A stretch of DNA of 64,000 bases from NCBI GenBank assembly GCA_963729895.1, contig CAVSQB010000013.1, positions 5,051-69,050 on the forward strand. The letters run 5' to 3'. The notes under the pieces were generated by a model. It was not told where the DNA came from and searched no databases. It saw only the letters and a program-made list of their open reading frames with translations. Of the stretch, positions 51,366 through 62,674 are shown one piece after another. How positions within the stretch are numbered: position 1 is the stretch's first letter; every line of letters starts with the position of its first letter. The DNA is from an uncultured Fibrobacterota bacterium (GTDB taxonomy: Bacteria; Fibrobacterota; Chitinivibrionia; Chitinivibrionales; FEN-1185). Position numbers and translations under genes: made by a program.

Positions 51366-51956
51366 CTACTTATTCGCCGGCCCAAGCGGAAGCACAGTTT
51401 TGCCGTAAATCTCGTTGAGCACCTGCGCAATGCCGGCATACATGGCCGAAAGCCCGCAGAAAATCCCTTCGTATCCCGCGAAGGTCTTGACCGCAACGCT
51501 TCCTGTGCCATGATCAATGGCAAGCAGAAAGAACAGGATTGTAAGGGACCCGAATACAACCTGGAGGGCCTTGTTGATTTTGAGCGTCCCGACAAAGAGA
51601 AGCAGGGTGAAGATACCCCACATTGTCAAGTAACAAACCATACCCTTGTCGGAGGTCTTGTCGATCCATCCGAGCTTCGGTAAGACGATCAGCGCAACAA
51701 GCGTTAACCAGAACGCTCCGTACGACGTAAAAGCAAGTGTGCCAAAGGTGTTCTTTTTTTTCCACTCCATAATCCCCGCAATAAGCTGGGCCATTCCACC
51801 ATAAAAAATCCCCATGGCCAGTATCATCGAACCAAGCTCGATGATACCTGCATTGCAAATATTGAGAAGTACGGTGGTCATGCCGAAACCGAACAACCCG
51901 AGCGGCGCCGGATTGGCGGTTGTGTCCTTGATTTCGAAAGGCGCGTTTTCGTTCAT
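51366..51956 (-). CDS. satP: Acetate uptake transporter (GPR1/FUN34/YaaH)
   Basis: [35 protein letters not shown]. Confidence 0.95.
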   Translation of the reverse strand: MNENAPFEIKDTTANPAPLGLFGFGMTTVLLNICNAGIIELGSMILAMGIFYGGMAQLIAGIMEWKKKNTFGTLAFTSYGAFWLTLVALIVLPKLGWIDKTSDKGMVCYLTMWGIFTLLLFVGTLKINKALQVVFGSLTILFFLLAIDHGTGSVAVKTFAGYEGIFCGLSAMYAGIAQVLNEIYGKTVLPLGPANK

Positions 51957-51983
51957 TTCTTCCTCCTCGGTCTGAAATAATTG

Positions 51984-53963
51984 TTACTGACGATTCTTTA
52001 CAAGCGAATCCACAACGCTCGGATCCGCAAGCGTCGATGTATCCCCCAAGCTGCCGATGTCGTTCTCCGCGATTTTGCGCAGAATGCGGCGCATTATCTT
52101 GCCCGAGCGGGTCTTGGGCAGGCCCGGGGCAAACTGGATCTTGTCGGGCACGGCGATGGGGCCGATCTCCTTACGGACGTGGTTCATGAGTTCTTTCTTC
52201 AGTTCGTTGCTTTCAGCGACTCCGTCTACAAGCGTAACAAACGCGTACAAGCCCTGTCCCTTGATCTCATGCGGCATGGGCGTGACTGCCGCTTCAGCGA
52301 CCTTCGGGTGGCTCACAAGCGCGCTCTCCACCTCCGCGGTGCCGATACGATGTCCGGACACATTGACTACATCGTCGATGCGTCCCATGAGCCAGTAATC
52401 TCCTTCCTCATCAACTCGACAACCGTCGCCCGTAAAGTACAAGTCGTTGTACATGGAGAAATACGTGTCGATGAATCGGTTGTGATCACCCCACATTGTG
52501 CGCATCATCCCCGGCCAGGGTTTCTTGATGCATAATTTGCCGCCTTCGTTTACGGCGCATTCGGTGCCGTCGTCGCGAAGGACAACGGGATCAACGCCGA
52601 AGAACGGCCTGTTGGCGCTGCCCGGCTTGAGCGTGTGCGCGCCCGGCAGCGGGGTGATGAGAATGCCGCCGGTTTCGGTCTGCCACCAGGTGTCGACAAT
52701 GGGGCATTTCTTGTGGCCGATGTTTTCGTAGTACCAGATCCATGCTTCCGGGTTGATAGGCTCCCCAACGCTGCCGAGCACACGCAAAGAGTCCATTTTG
52801 TATTTTGCCGGCCATGCTTCGCCTTCGCGCATGAGCGCTCGTATTGCGGTTGGCGCGGTGTAGAACACGGTTACCTTGAATTTGTCAATAATATGCCAGA
52901 AGCGGCCGGCATCCGGATATGTAGGCACACCCTCAAACATGAGCGACGTCGCGCCGTTGGCCAGAGGTCCGTACACAATATAAGAGTGCCCGGTTACCCA
53001 GCCGATGTCGGCCGTGCACCAATACACGTCATCGTCGTGAATGTCGAAAATGTACTTATGCGATATCGCGGCATGAAGGAGGTAGCCTGCAGTCGTATGC
53101 ACGACGCCCTTGGGTTTACCAGTTGAACCGGAGGTGTACAGAATGAACAGGTTGTCTTCGGCGTTCATGGTCTCAGGCTTGCAGTCGGCAGAGGCCTTTG
53201 CAATCTCCTCGTGATACCATGAGTCGCGCCCCGACGCCATGTTGCACGGCTCGTCTGTAACCTTTACCACAATTACCTTCTCAATGGTCGGAGCATTCTT
53301 GAGCGCCTCGTCGGCAATATCCTTAAGCTTGATGTGTTTCCCGGACCTCAGAGACACGTTGGAGGTCACCAGAAGTTTACACTGGGAGTCGTTGATCCTG
53401 CCCTTGAGAGAATCCGCGGAAAACCCGCCAAACACGATGGAATGAATTGCGCCGATACGGGCACAGGCGAGCATCGCCACTGGAAGTTCCGGAACCATGG
53501 GCATATAAATGGCAACGCGGTCGCCCTTTTTCACGCCCTTGGACTTTAGCACATTGGCAAATTTGCAGACCTGTTCGTGGAGTTCCTTGTAGGTAATTTT
53601 GCGGACATTGTTCTCTTCCTCCCCCTGAAAGAGAATGGCCACCTTGTTCGCCGTTGCTGTTTTCAGATGACGGTCCAGGCAGTTGTACGATACGTTAAGC
53701 TGGCCGTCGGCAAACCAAGTGTGCTGTATTTTGCGGCCCTTTGTGTTCCAATCGTACTCAAGAGCTTTGGTGGGGTTCTTGACCCACGTAATTATCTTTG
53801 CCTGTTCGAGCCAGAACGCGTCCGGGTCTTTTATCGATTTTTCCCACATGTTCTTGTAGGAATCGAAGCCCTTAACGTGCGCGCGCTCCTGCACCTCCGC
53901 CGACGGAGGGAATCTCCGCTTTTCCACCATAAGAGATTTCATCGCGTTTGGTTGATCCGCCAT
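51984..53963 (-). CDS. acs: Acetyl-CoA synthetase (AMP-forming)
   Basis: [31 protein letters not shown]. Confidence 0.97.
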   Translation of the reverse strand: MADQPNAMKSLMVEKRRFPPSAEVQERAHVKGFDSYKNMWEKSIKDPDAFWLEQAKIITWVKNPTKALEYDWNTKGRKIQHTWFADGQLNVSYNCLDRHLKTATANKVAILFQGEEENNVRKITYKELHEQVCKFANVLKSKGVKKGDRVAIYMPMVPELPVAMLACARIGAIHSIVFGGFSADSLKGRINDSQCKLLVTSNVSLRSGKHIKLKDIADEALKNAPTIEKVIVVKVTDEPCNMASGRDSWYHEEIAKASADCKPETMNAEDNLFILYTSGSTGKPKGVVHTTAGYLLHAAISHKYIFDIHDDDVYWCTADIGWVTGHSYIVYGPLANGATSLMFEGVPTYPDAGRFWHIIDKFKVTVFYTAPTAIRALMREGEAWPAKYKMDSLRVLGSVGEPINPEAWIWYYENIGHKKCPIVDTWWQTETGGILITPLPGAHTLKPGSANRPFFGVDPVVLRDDGTECAVNEGGKLCIKKPWPGMMRTMWGDHNRFIDTYFSMYNDLYFTGDGCRVDEEGDYWLMGRIDDVVNVSGHRIGTAEVESALVSHPKVAEAAVTPMPHEIKGQGLYAFVTLVDGVAESNELKKELMNHVRKEIGPIAVPDKIQFAPGLPKTRSGKIMRRILRKIAENDIGSLGDTSTLADPSVVDSLVKNRQ

Positions 53964-54264
53964 AGCATACTCCCTTCATAGATCGTTATTCGTGATTGAA
54001 TATTTACAAAAAGCAACAGTGCTAACGCGTTATCATCCGGCAAGATGGATTGACCACTTGCGCTGCAACACAAGCGCAAAGTGAAATAATATATATCGAA
54101 TGGAATTGTCCGATCAAGCAGTATTGTGAACAAAATCCCATGAGCGGGTCCCACGTAAGGAGGTTCACTACGATTTTCCACTGGATGCATGAAGACCTTA
54201 AGCCCTCGAAATTCGGCACATCGTAGATCCGCAACGCGGAGTTGGCTGCACTGTGCCGCCAAAT

Positions 54265-54297
54265 GCAAAAGGGGCGGTACGGTGCCGCCCCTTTTGC
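54265..54297. terminator. Bidirectional-type terminator hairpin after the PpiD/SurA-like gene
   Basis: GCAAAAGGGGCGGTAC-G-GTGCCGCCCCTTTTGC. Confidence 0.75.
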
Positions 54298-54319
54298 GCG
54301 CATCAAACAATCCTGTTTG

Positions 54320-56137
54320 TCAGTCAAGGTAGAATTGGTTCACATTGTCAATCACGTTTGCCGAATTCTTGTACTGTACATACCAATCGTCGAAATTTTT
54401 TTCCACGCTTTCACCAATCAGTTTACGTTGAATGGCGATGACCTCCGGGCTCCCCCACGGCACCGTTGCAGACGCGTTCTTGTGCCAGACGGGTTTTACT
54501 ACGCAAAAAGAACCTGCCGCATCGATAATGTCGGAAACTTTTCCATCCGGCAACACAAACGCCGTGGCAACGGCCTGGTTGTTATAACCCACCGGAGTAT
54601 ACTGCAAGCGTCCAACCGTGTCGGTGACGCCGGAAATGATAAGTGAGTCCGATTTTGAGTAGCGGGCTACATCACCTTTGTCGGTCGTTTTCTGGCAAAA
54701 ATCCGCAAGGTGCTTCTTTGCTTTTTCAAGCCTGCTTTCCTCGGCCAGAGTCCGCACGATACGCTCGCGAGCAACGTCCAGCGGCAGGATTCCTTTCTTC
54801 ACTTTGAGTTTCACCTGAAGAATGAAATACCCTTCGTCGTTCTCCAAGAGGTCGGAGATTTCATTTTCGGCCCGGTTGAATGCAAACGAGGCCGCGCCGG
54901 CCACGCTCCCGATTTTGGGAATCATGTCCCCGCGTTTGAAAAGGCCCGTGGAATCAACCACCACGGAAGAAATCTTCTTTGACACGTTCTTGATGCCATC
55001 CGAAACAATAAGCCCGTGTACGCTGTCGGCAAGGGCGTTGAGTTTGTCAATTGTCTCGCCCGAGGGAGATATTTTCCTCAGAATATGCCGCACATGCGCC
55101 ATTTGCTTCCCATCCTTTATCTCCCGCTGTTCCACCAGAATAAGGTGGTAGCCGAATCGGGTTCGCACAGGCATGGAAATCTGATTGAGCGGGATCGAAA
55201 AGACAACCGAATCGAATTCAGGCACCATCGACCCTTTGGCGACCCAGCCGAGGTCGCCGCCCTGGGCAGCGGTGCTTTCGTCGTCCGATTCCAGCTTGGC
55301 TTCCTCGGAGAATGAAGAGTCGCCCATCTTAATCTTTCCGCGCAGGTTCGCAAGTTCATCGTAGGTGGCTTTAATGTCGGCGGGCGTGGCGACTTTCGGA
55401 ATCTTTGCATAGTAGAGATCAACCTGTTCGTCCGTCACAAACGAATCCGGGTGCGCCTGATAATATCCGGTGACGGCTGCGTCGGAGGGTTTGTCCGGCT
55501 GGAAGGCTTGTACGTTCACCTTTGCGTATTCAAAAACGGCCTTTTCGTTTTGCATTCGATATTCATAGCTCACCTCGGCCTTTGTGGGAAAGTCCTGAAC
55601 GGAGAGCAGCAGCCGTAGGGTTTGCAGCGGGACCGAAAACTCCTGAATGGTCTTTTCGAATTCCAGCATTCCCTGATTCTCGTAGATTTCTGGTTTGTTG
55701 AGGAAGGCGACGAACTTTGCAGTATCAAAAACGCCCTCAGTCTGAAACTGCTTTGCAGAAACAACTTCCTGAGGAGGATTCCTCTTTATAAACTCATACA
55801 CTTCGTCAGTTGAAGCGCCGATCTTCATCTTGCGGAAAACTTCCCCGAGAAGAATCCTGCTCACCTCGGTTTCCCACACCTGCCGGGGGACCATGCGGCT
55901 TTGTGCGTCGGGAATTTCGGCGCCCGCGTAGCGCTCTCGTTCTTTTTCCCTCTCTGCGGTCACCATTCGCTCGAAGGTTTGCAGGGAAATCTCAGTGCCG
56001 TTCACCTTTCCAATCACGTTCTTAACGCGGTTGCGGCTGGAAAGGTCCATTCCCCATGCAAACACAATAGTTGCGATAAAGGCGACGATCACAACCCACA
56101 TTATGATTGCGGCATTGTTCCGTAACGATTGAATCAT
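54320..56137 (-). CDS. PpiD/SurA-like membrane-anchored parvulin PPIase
   Basis: N-terminal TM, SurA_N-like region, GGDLGW...MVPEF...TRFGYHLI. Confidence 0.88.
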   Translation of the reverse strand: MIQSLRNNAAIIMWVVIVAFIATIVFAWGMDLSSRNRVKNVIGKVNGTEISLQTFERMVTAEREKERERYAGAEIPDAQSRMVPRQVWETEVSRILLGEVFRKMKIGASTDEVYEFIKRNPPQEVVSAKQFQTEGVFDTAKFVAFLNKPEIYENQGMLEFEKTIQEFSVPLQTLRLLLSVQDFPTKAEVSYEYRMQNEKAVFEYAKVNVQAFQPDKPSDAAVTGYYQAHPDSFVTDEQVDLYYAKIPKVATPADIKATYDELANLRGKIKMGDSSFSEEAKLESDDESTAAQGGDLGWVAKGSMVPEFDSVVFSIPLNQISMPVRTRFGYHLILVEQREIKDGKQMAHVRHILRKISPSGETIDKLNALADSVHGLIVSDGIKNVSKKISSVVVDSTGLFKRGDMIPKIGSVAGAASFAFNRAENEISDLLENDEGYFILQVKLKVKKGILPLDVARERIVRTLAEESRLEKAKKHLADFCQKTTDKGDVARYSKSDSLIISGVTDTVGRLQYTPVGYNNQAVATAFVLPDGKVSDIIDAAGSFCVVKPVWHKNASATVPWGSPEVIAIQRKLIGESVEKNFDDWYVQYKNSANVIDNVNQFYLD

Positions 56138-56191
56138 GACTATGCTCCCGTTTACGCTGTCTCGAGTAAGGCGCGCAAACTGTTGCGCCTG

Positions 56192-58042
56192 CTATTGTTT
56201 CATTTTCGGCTTGAGCAAATTCTGGTACATCAATTTGTTCGAAATAATGGCGAGTGCGCTCTTGAACTGGGCGTCGTCGAGAAGCTTGATCCGGTACACG
56301 GCCTCGTTGTCTTGTCCCAAGTCCCGCACCATAAGCGCCTCGCGCAGGTAATTCCGGATTTCCGGGTCATTTTTCGACACTTCGCGCTTGCTTTCATCTG
56401 CGAGGATCTTCGCCATTTGCTGCGAAATCTTCTTGAGCACGTCCATTTCTTCTTTTGTCCATTCCGGCTTCTTAACAAGTGAAAAAGCGGATGAATCGGC
56501 GCCCGAATTCTTCGTGGTATCTTTCGTGGAATCAAGTATGCCCGCCCGGGTCTTGAATTCGTCGAACACGAGCTGGGCATAGCTTTGGTATTTAAACGCG
56601 ATAGAATCGAGAAAATGATTGTAGTCCTTCATGATGGGTTCCGTAATGGTAAACCTCTCGTCGATCTTGACATGTTTGGCCGAAAGCCGAGGATATTCGT
56701 AATTTGCAAAGGAAAAAAACACGTCTTTGAGGAACAGCGATCGGATGACGAAATCCGGCATTTTCTGTTCGATAATAGTATCGGGAATAATGCCGCCCTC
56801 GCCGTGCACGATTCGCATGTTTTTTGTGCGAAAGCTGGTGGTGTCCTTGCCTGCGATTTTCGAAGTGTCGGTTGCCTTGCCCGTCGAATCCTTCCCTTCC
56901 GCATTTTCTTCTTCGTCCTCATCCGATTTTTTGGTTTTGCCGCGAATGCCGTTTTCCGGCTTGTTAATACAGCGGCCAGACGGCGTGTAATAAAATGCCG
57001 TGGTAAGCTTCAGGTGGGTATCGTCGTCTATTTGAAGAATACTTTGAACCGATCCCTTGCCGAAGGTGGTGTCGCCCACAATCAGGCCGCGGTCCCAATC
57101 TTGTATGGCGCCCGAAACGATTTCGGAGGCGCTTGCGCTCGCGTTATTGACAAGCACGATAAGCGGAATGTCAAGAGGCAATACGGGATTTGACGACACA
57201 TAGTATTCCTTGTTCTGCCCCTGGACCCGCCCCCTGGTGTACACCACCAGCGATTTCTTTTGCAGGAACTTGTCGGCCACCTCAATTGCCTCGGGCAGGA
57301 GCCCGCCCGGGTTAAATCGCAGGTCAAAGATAACGCCCTTGATGTTGCGCTTGAGCAGTTCCCTTAGTGCTTTTTCGACTTCGGTGCCTGCATCCTGAGA
57401 AAACGTTTTGAGCGAGAGATACCCGATGCCTTCGCCGAAAACACCGTAGTAGGGGACCGATTTGATACGGATTATGGCACGGGTAATCTTGTACTCCAGG
57501 TCTTTGGGCTCTCCACGTCTGCGAATGGTGATGTTGACGTCGGTGTCCGGTGCGCCTCGCAGTTTGCCCACCGCTTCGTCAATTGTTATGCGATCGGTTG
57601 ATTTGCCGTTTATCTTCAGAATCTGGTCGCCGGACTGGATGCCCGCCCGCTCCGCTGGCGTTCCCGGTATGGGCGTCATGACGGTAAGGACCTTGTCGCG
57701 GATGGAAATTTGAATGCCAAGGCCGCCAAACTTTCCTTCGGTTTGAATCAGCAGTTCGTCGAATTGCTTCTTCTCAAAGTAATTGCTGTGGGGATCGAGA
57801 ATCGAAAGCATTCCCTCAATGGCGTTGTCGATAAGCTTCTTTGACTCGATGCTTTCAACATAGTTCTGGTGGATCTTGGTGAAGACGCGGTCAAATCGCT
57901 GTACATCTTCATAGAAATTATCATTGTCTGCCTTTGTCACATCAAAGGCAAGACCGCCGATCACCACAACCAAAACGATCACACCCAGAAAGGGTATCCT
58001 GCCTGAAAGCATTTTTGATTCGTTTCCCGAAGTATTCTTCAT
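56192..58042 (-). CDS. ctpA: Carboxy-terminal processing protease (S41A, PDZ)
   Basis: LDPHSNY, GLGI, DLRFNPGGLL, SASASEIVSG, TFGKGSVQ; RBS GGAGGAG before ATG 58042. Confidence 0.9.
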   Translation of the reverse strand: MKNTSGNESKMLSGRIPFLGVIVLVVVIGGLAFDVTKADNDNFYEDVQRFDRVFTKIHQNYVESIESKKLIDNAIEGMLSILDPHSNYFEKKQFDELLIQTEGKFGGLGIQISIRDKVLTVMTPIPGTPAERAGIQSGDQILKINGKSTDRITIDEAVGKLRGAPDTDVNITIRRRGEPKDLEYKITRAIIRIKSVPYYGVFGEGIGYLSLKTFSQDAGTEVEKALRELLKRNIKGVIFDLRFNPGGLLPEAIEVADKFLQKKSLVVYTRGRVQGQNKEYYVSSNPVLPLDIPLIVLVNNASASASEIVSGAIQDWDRGLIVGDTTFGKGSVQSILQIDDDTHLKLTTAFYYTPSGRCINKPENGIRGKTKKSDEDEEENAEGKDSTGKATDTSKIAGKDTTSFRTKNMRIVHGEGGIIPDTIIEQKMPDFVIRSLFLKDVFFSFANYEYPRLSAKHVKIDERFTITEPIMKDYNHFLDSIAFKYQSYAQLVFDEFKTRAGILDSTKDTTKNSGADSSAFSLVKKPEWTKEEMDVLKKISQQMAKILADESKREVSKNDPEIRNYLREALMVRDLGQDNEAVYRIKLLDDAQFKSALAIISNKLMYQNLLKPKMKQ

Positions 58043-58159
58043 GACAACTCCTCCGCAAGAACGTTTCGCTGCGGCGCTCAACGGTGAAAATAGACGGCAC
58101 GAAACCGTATAAAATACATTAGAGTTCCGCACTCCCCCACTTTTTATTTGGTAAGAAAA

Positions 58160-58792
58160 TCACCGTTGGCGAAGCAACCGCAGCGAAATTGTCTTCCACA
58201 CGGAACGCGTCAGATCCTCTTCAGCCGTATTTCCGTTCAAAACCACAATCCTCTCTGGGTACAGCGAAGCAAGTTCGAGGTAGCCTTTCCGCACTTTTTC
58301 GTAGAATTCCCTCCCGTTACCTTCAAGGCGGTCCGGGTGCTTCTTTGTCTTTGCCAAACGCGCAAAAGCGGTATTCACGTCCAGGTCGAAGAGAAATGTG
58401 ACCGAAGGAACCATGCCGCCTGTTGCAAATTCGTTGAGCCTTTTCAGCGTCTCCATCGCAATCCCCCTGGCGAACCCCTGGTACGCGAAAGTCGCTTCCA
58501 TGAACCTGTCGCACAACACAATGTTGCCTTTGTCAATTTCAGGGGCAATTTTCTCGCATACGTGTTGTGCTCGCGCAGCAAGGTACAGGAGCACTTCGCA
58601 TGCGTTGCACATGCTGTTATTTGCAGGAGAAAGCAGAATACCCCGGATGTCTTCGCTGATGCGGGTGCCCCCCGGCTCTCGCGTAACCACACAAGGGATT
58701 CCCTTTTTCGCAAGAATTTGCTGCGTGCGCGCAACCTGCGTACTTTTGCCGCATCCGTCAATACCCTCGAAAGTGACGAACAATCCGCTCAT
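58160..58792 (-). CDS. tmk: Thymidylate kinase
   Basis: [22 protein letters not shown]; ATGA overlap with the secA stop. Confidence 0.96.
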   Translation of the reverse strand: MSGLFVTFEGIDGCGKSTQVARTQQILAKKGIPCVVTREPGGTRISEDIRGILLSPANNSMCNACEVLLYLAARAQHVCEKIAPEIDKGNIVLCDRFMEATFAYQGFARGIAMETLKRLNEFATGGMVPSVTFLFDLDVNTAFARLAKTKKHPDRLEGNGREFYEKVRKGYLELASLYPERIVVLNGNTAEEDLTRSVWKTISLRLLRQR

Positions 58793-61700
58793 GCGGTTGC
58801 CCCGTGGCATTTTTTGTATTTTTTGCCGCTTCCACACGGGCAGGGATCATTGCGGCCTACCGCAGGAGTGGTGCGCACGACGGGCATTCGACGCACCGGT
58901 CCCTCGGCTTGCTGCCCCCTGTTGGCGACCAACTGGCCTGTCGGGCGAGGCTGCGCTTCGCCCGACTCGGCTTGCGCCTGGCCCGAAGAAGAGAAAATGT
59001 CGAACGCCCCATGCATGGTTTGCGCCCGGTTGAGCCCCATCCGGTCTTCTTCCGCGCTTACCGCTTCAAGCCGGAAAATAAAGGAGGTGACATCGCGTGC
59101 AATGCTGCTGCGGAGCTCTTCAAACATCTTTACGCCTTCACGCTGGTATTCGTAAAGAGGATTCTTTTGGCCATACGCTCGATATTGCACGCCGCCTTTG
59201 AGATGGTCCATCTCGTACAGATGATCTTTCCACAGATTATCGATAACCATGAGAAACACCCCGCGCTCGAACTGACGCATTATCTGGGGCGTAAGCCGCT
59301 GTTCCTTTTCCTCGTACCGGGCCTTGACCAGCTTCCATATGCCGTCGAACAGCGTGTCCTGAGTAATCTGTGATGCGGCATCCTGGGGCGGCGCATAGGA
59401 CACCCCCATGGTTGTTTGAATTTCTTTGCTCAGGTCTTTGAGGTCCCACTGCTCGGAGTAGCGTCCTTCCGAGGTATACTTGAAAATGATTTCTTCGAGC
59501 GAACCGGCGAGTTGATCCAGGATCTCATCCTTTATATCTTCACCTTTGAGAATCCTCTGGCGCAACCCGTAAATCTCCTTTCGCTGAAGGTTCATGACGT
59601 CGTCGTACTCTTTGAGGTGCTTTCGGATTTCGAAGTTCCGCGCCTCAACGCGTTTTTGCGCATTGCCGATGGCGCTCGTCACAAAGGGATGGGAAATAAC
59701 TTCCCCTTCCTGAGCGCCGAGGCGGTCCATGATTGACGCGATTCTTTCCGAACCGAAGATTCGCATGAGATCGTCGTCGAGCGAAAGAAAGAATTTGGAT
59801 GAACCAGGGTCGCCTTGCCGGCCCGACCGGCCACGCAGCTGGTTGTCTATGCGACGCGCCTCGTGGCGTTCGGTACCAACAATGTGAAGCCCGCCCAGTT
59901 CCACCACTGTATTATGCTCATCTTCAAGCTGTTTAAACAGCTTGGCGAACCGCTGTCGTTTCTCCTCAAGACTCAGATCCTCAACAGCGATTCCCTCCTT
60001 GAGCAATTCGTTGTTTGCGGTGGCCTCGAAATTTCCGCCAAGAACGATGTCGGTTCCACGGCCGGCCATGTTCGTGGCAATGGTGACGGCCTTGAGCCGC
60101 CCAGCCTGCGCCACGATCTGCGCTTCCCTGGCGTGCTGCTTCGCATTGAGCACTTCGTGGACAATCCCGGCCCGCATCAGGAGCTTGGAGAGCAATTCCG
60201 ATTTCTCGATCGATGTGGTGCCCACGAGTACCGGGCGGCCCTTTTCGTACATGTCGGTGATTTCTTTGACGACCGCGGCATATTTCTCCCGGTTGGTGCG
60301 GTAAATCTCGTCCTCGTGATCCTCACGCCTCATTGGACGGTAGGTTGGCACCGTGACAACGTCGAGTTTGTAAATTTCATTGAACTCGCCAGCCTCGGTA
60401 ATGGCCGTGCCGGTCATACCCGAAACCTTGGCGTACATCTTGAAGAAATTCTGGAATGTGATGGTGGCCAGAGTCTGGTTTTCACCGGCGATTTTCACGC
60501 CTTCCTTCGCTTCGACGGCCTGGTGCAATCCTTCGCTCCACCGCCTGCCGTGCAGGATGCGGCCCGTGAATTCATCCACGATAAGAATCTGGCCGTCCTG
60601 TACCACGTAGTCGACGTCGAGCTCAAAAAGCGAATAGGCGCGCAGCAGCTGGCTCACGCTGTGGATACGCTCGGAACGTTCGGAATACATACGGTGAGTC
60701 TCTTCCCTTTTTTCCGATTTCTCAAGCGGCGTGAGAGCGGGGTGGTTGTCTATCGTGTGCAGCAACTCCGACAGGTCGGGTACGATAAAAAAATCCGGAT
60801 TCGACTGGGAAACAAGAGTCCGGCCCTTTTCGGTCATTTCGGCGCTGTGACCCGATTCGTCAATAGTGTAGAACAGTTCTTCGTCAATTTCGTGCAGTTT
60901 CTTTTCGCGCAAATAATCGGTTTCCACCTGCTTCATGTATTTCGAAACGCCTTGTTCTTTAAGAAGCTTGATGAGTTTCTTGTTCTTGGGAGCCCCGCGT
61001 TTGACGACAAAAAGTTTGTATCCCAGTTCATATTCTTTTCCCTCTTTGCCTACAAGCTGTTCGATCTCATTGAGCACATTCTGGACATACTGAGCCTGCG
61101 CGTTCACGAGGCGTTCCACACGCGGCTTGAGTTCTTCGTATTCTCTGTTCGATTTGGTCACCGGCCCGGAAATAATGAGCGGCGTGCGGGCTTCGTCGAT
61201 GAGAATGTTGTCCACTTCGTCGATGATGGCGAAATTGAGTTCACGCTGCACGAGCTGGGAGGGTGAACTTGCCATGTTGTCGCGCAAGTAATCGAAACCG
61301 TATTCGTTGTTAGTTCCGTAGGTGATGTCGCATTCGTACGCCTGGCGCCGTTCCGGCGTGCCCGGCTCCGTATTGTCCAGGCACCCCACGGTAAGACCGA
61401 GAAATGAATGGATTCTTCCCATCCACTCACTGTCCCGTTTTGCAAGGTAATCGTTGACGGTGACGACATGTACGCCTTTTCCCGAAAGAGCATTGAGGTA
61501 AGCGGCCAAAACTGAAACCTGCGTCTTGCCCTCGCCGGTCTTCATTTCCGCGATTTTACCCTGGTGCAACACAATAGCGCCCATGACCTGAACGTCGAAA
61601 TGCGCCATGAACGGAATTTCCTTCTTGAAGTAGGGGTCAAACACCGTGCGGCGCTCGCCCAGCACCCGGTGCGTGGCCTCTCTGCAAACTGCAAATGCTT

Positions 61701-61899
61701 CAGGAAGTATGTCGTCGAGCGTTTCGCCCCTGGAAAGCCTGTCTTTGAATTCCGTCGTCTTTGCTTTTAATTGTTCGTCCGTAAGAGGGCACAGAGAGTC
61801 CTTGAAGCTGTTCACCTTGTCCACAATTGGACGAAGCTTTCTCATGTCCCTATCCTGCTTGGAACCAAAAACCGCGCCCAACACCTTCAAAATTAGCAT
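58789..61899 (-). CDS. secA: Preprotein translocase ATPase SecA
   Basis: [25 protein letters not shown]-terminal [19 protein letters not shown]. Confidence 0.98.
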   Translation of the reverse strand: MLILKVLGAVFGSKQDRDMRKLRPIVDKVNSFKDSLCPLTDEQLKAKTTEFKDRLSRGETLDDILPEAFAVCREATHRVLGERRTVFDPYFKKEIPFMAHFDVQVMGAIVLHQGKIAEMKTGEGKTQVSVLAAYLNALSGKGVHVVTVNDYLAKRDSEWMGRIHSFLGLTVGCLDNTEPGTPERRQAYECDITYGTNNEYGFDYLRDNMASSPSQLVQRELNFAIIDEVDNILIDEARTPLIISGPVTKSNREYEELKPRVERLVNAQAQYVQNVLNEIEQLVGKEGKEYELGYKLFVVKRGAPKNKKLIKLLKEQGVSKYMKQVETDYLREKKLHEIDEELFYTIDESGHSAEMTEKGRTLVSQSNPDFFIVPDLSELLHTIDNHPALTPLEKSEKREETHRMYSERSERIHSVSQLLRAYSLFELDVDYVVQDGQILIVDEFTGRILHGRRWSEGLHQAVEAKEGVKIAGENQTLATITFQNFFKMYAKVSGMTGTAITEAGEFNEIYKLDVVTVPTYRPMRREDHEDEIYRTNREKYAAVVKEITDMYEKGRPVLVGTTSIEKSELLSKLLMRAGIVHEVLNAKQHAREAQIVAQAGRLKAVTIATNMAGRGTDIVLGGNFEATANNELLKEGIAVEDLSLEEKRQRFAKLFKQLEDEHNTVVELGGLHIVGTERHEARRIDNQLRGRSGRQGDPGSSKFFLSLDDDLMRIFGSERIASIMDRLGAQEGEVISHPFVTSAIGNAQKRVEARNFEIRKHLKEYDDVMNLQRKEIYGLRQRILKGEDIKDEILDQLAGSLEEIIFKYTSEGRYSEQWDLKDLSKEIQTTMGVSYAPPQDAASQITQDTLFDGIWKLVKARYEEKEQRLTPQIMRQFERGVFLMVIDNLWKDHLYEMDHLKGGVQYRAYGQKNPLYEYQREGVKMFEELRSSIARDVTSFIFRLEAVSAEEDRMGLNRAQTMHGAFDIFSSSGQAQAESGEAQPRPTGQLVANRGQQAEGPVRRMPVVRTTPAVGRNDPCPCGSGKKYKKCHGATA

Positions 61900-62229
61900 A
61901 ACATTCCGCCTTCTCAAATCGTAACTATCTGAATTATATGTTTGTTGTATTTCCGACCTCAGAAATTACATCAGGACCAATTCAAATTCTCAGTACAACG
62001 GTCCCTGCACGAAATTGCGCCCGGAATCAACGAGGCGATTGCAATCTTGGCACTCCTGCGGGGAGCACCATCACCGGTTTCCGTAACGGAATGCTTCTGC
62101 GTTTCAGGGACCTTGACAGGCGCTGCGGCCGCAAAATAGGCCGCAGGGAATTGCAGTTGTTGTGCAGAACATCGCAGGCACTATGCGCAGAAATTCCGGC
62201 CGCCGCGCGCCAAACCTGCCCGTCATACA

Positions 62230-62553
62230 TTATCCCTCAATCGTGCACGATATCGGAACACCGCGGGAGAATTTGTCAACCAGTTCACTGAGGGCTTTCT
62301 GCTGGTCCGAACTCACCTCACAGAACTGCATGCCCACGCGAAACCCGTCGGAACGTTCCTGGCAGTAAACCACCTGAGCCTTCACCTGGAGCGCATTGAA
62401 CTTTGCGGAAGCAAACGCACCCTTTTCGAGCTTCTTTGCAGAGAAACAGCACACCCCGGTCTTACTCAAATCGAACAGCTTCGGTTCATTCGCCCCGTTC
62501 AGATTGAGAAACTCAATCCGTTCACTGGCCCTGTCCTTCATAAGTTTCTCCAT
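62230..62553 (-). CDS. Stand-alone PilZ-domain protein
   Basis: RASER (RxxxR) and DLSKTG (DxSxxG) c-di-GMP motifs. Confidence 0.85.
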   Translation of the reverse strand: MEKLMKDRASERIEFLNLNGANEPKLFDLSKTGVCCFSAKKLEKGAFASAKFNALQVKAQVVYCQERSDGFRVGMQFCEVSSDQQKALSELVDKFSRGVPISCTIEG

Positions 62554-62674
62554 GGTTTAAAGAAATGGAACGCATGCGCTTTGCCCCAGCCAAAAGAAGC
62601 CCGTTGACCGGGTGAAACCAACAGTCTCCTGCTTTACTTCTTTGGCGATCTTTGCGAAAGACTCATTCCGTCCA

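Noticed and set aside
54124-54141. Rex-like site TTGTGAAcaaaATCCCAT upstream of acs
   Set aside because: Three mismatches in one half-site; too weak without other evidence
59815-61266. Long antisense ORFs (also 17760-19010, 29546-30781, 41112-42227, 44270-45133)
   Set aside because: Opposite-strand or alternate-frame shadows of well-supported GC-rich genes; no recognisable motifs
62027-62230. 67-aa ORF as a SecM/Apd-like arrest leader for secA
   Set aside because: No signal or TM segment and no RAPP/RAGP-like motif
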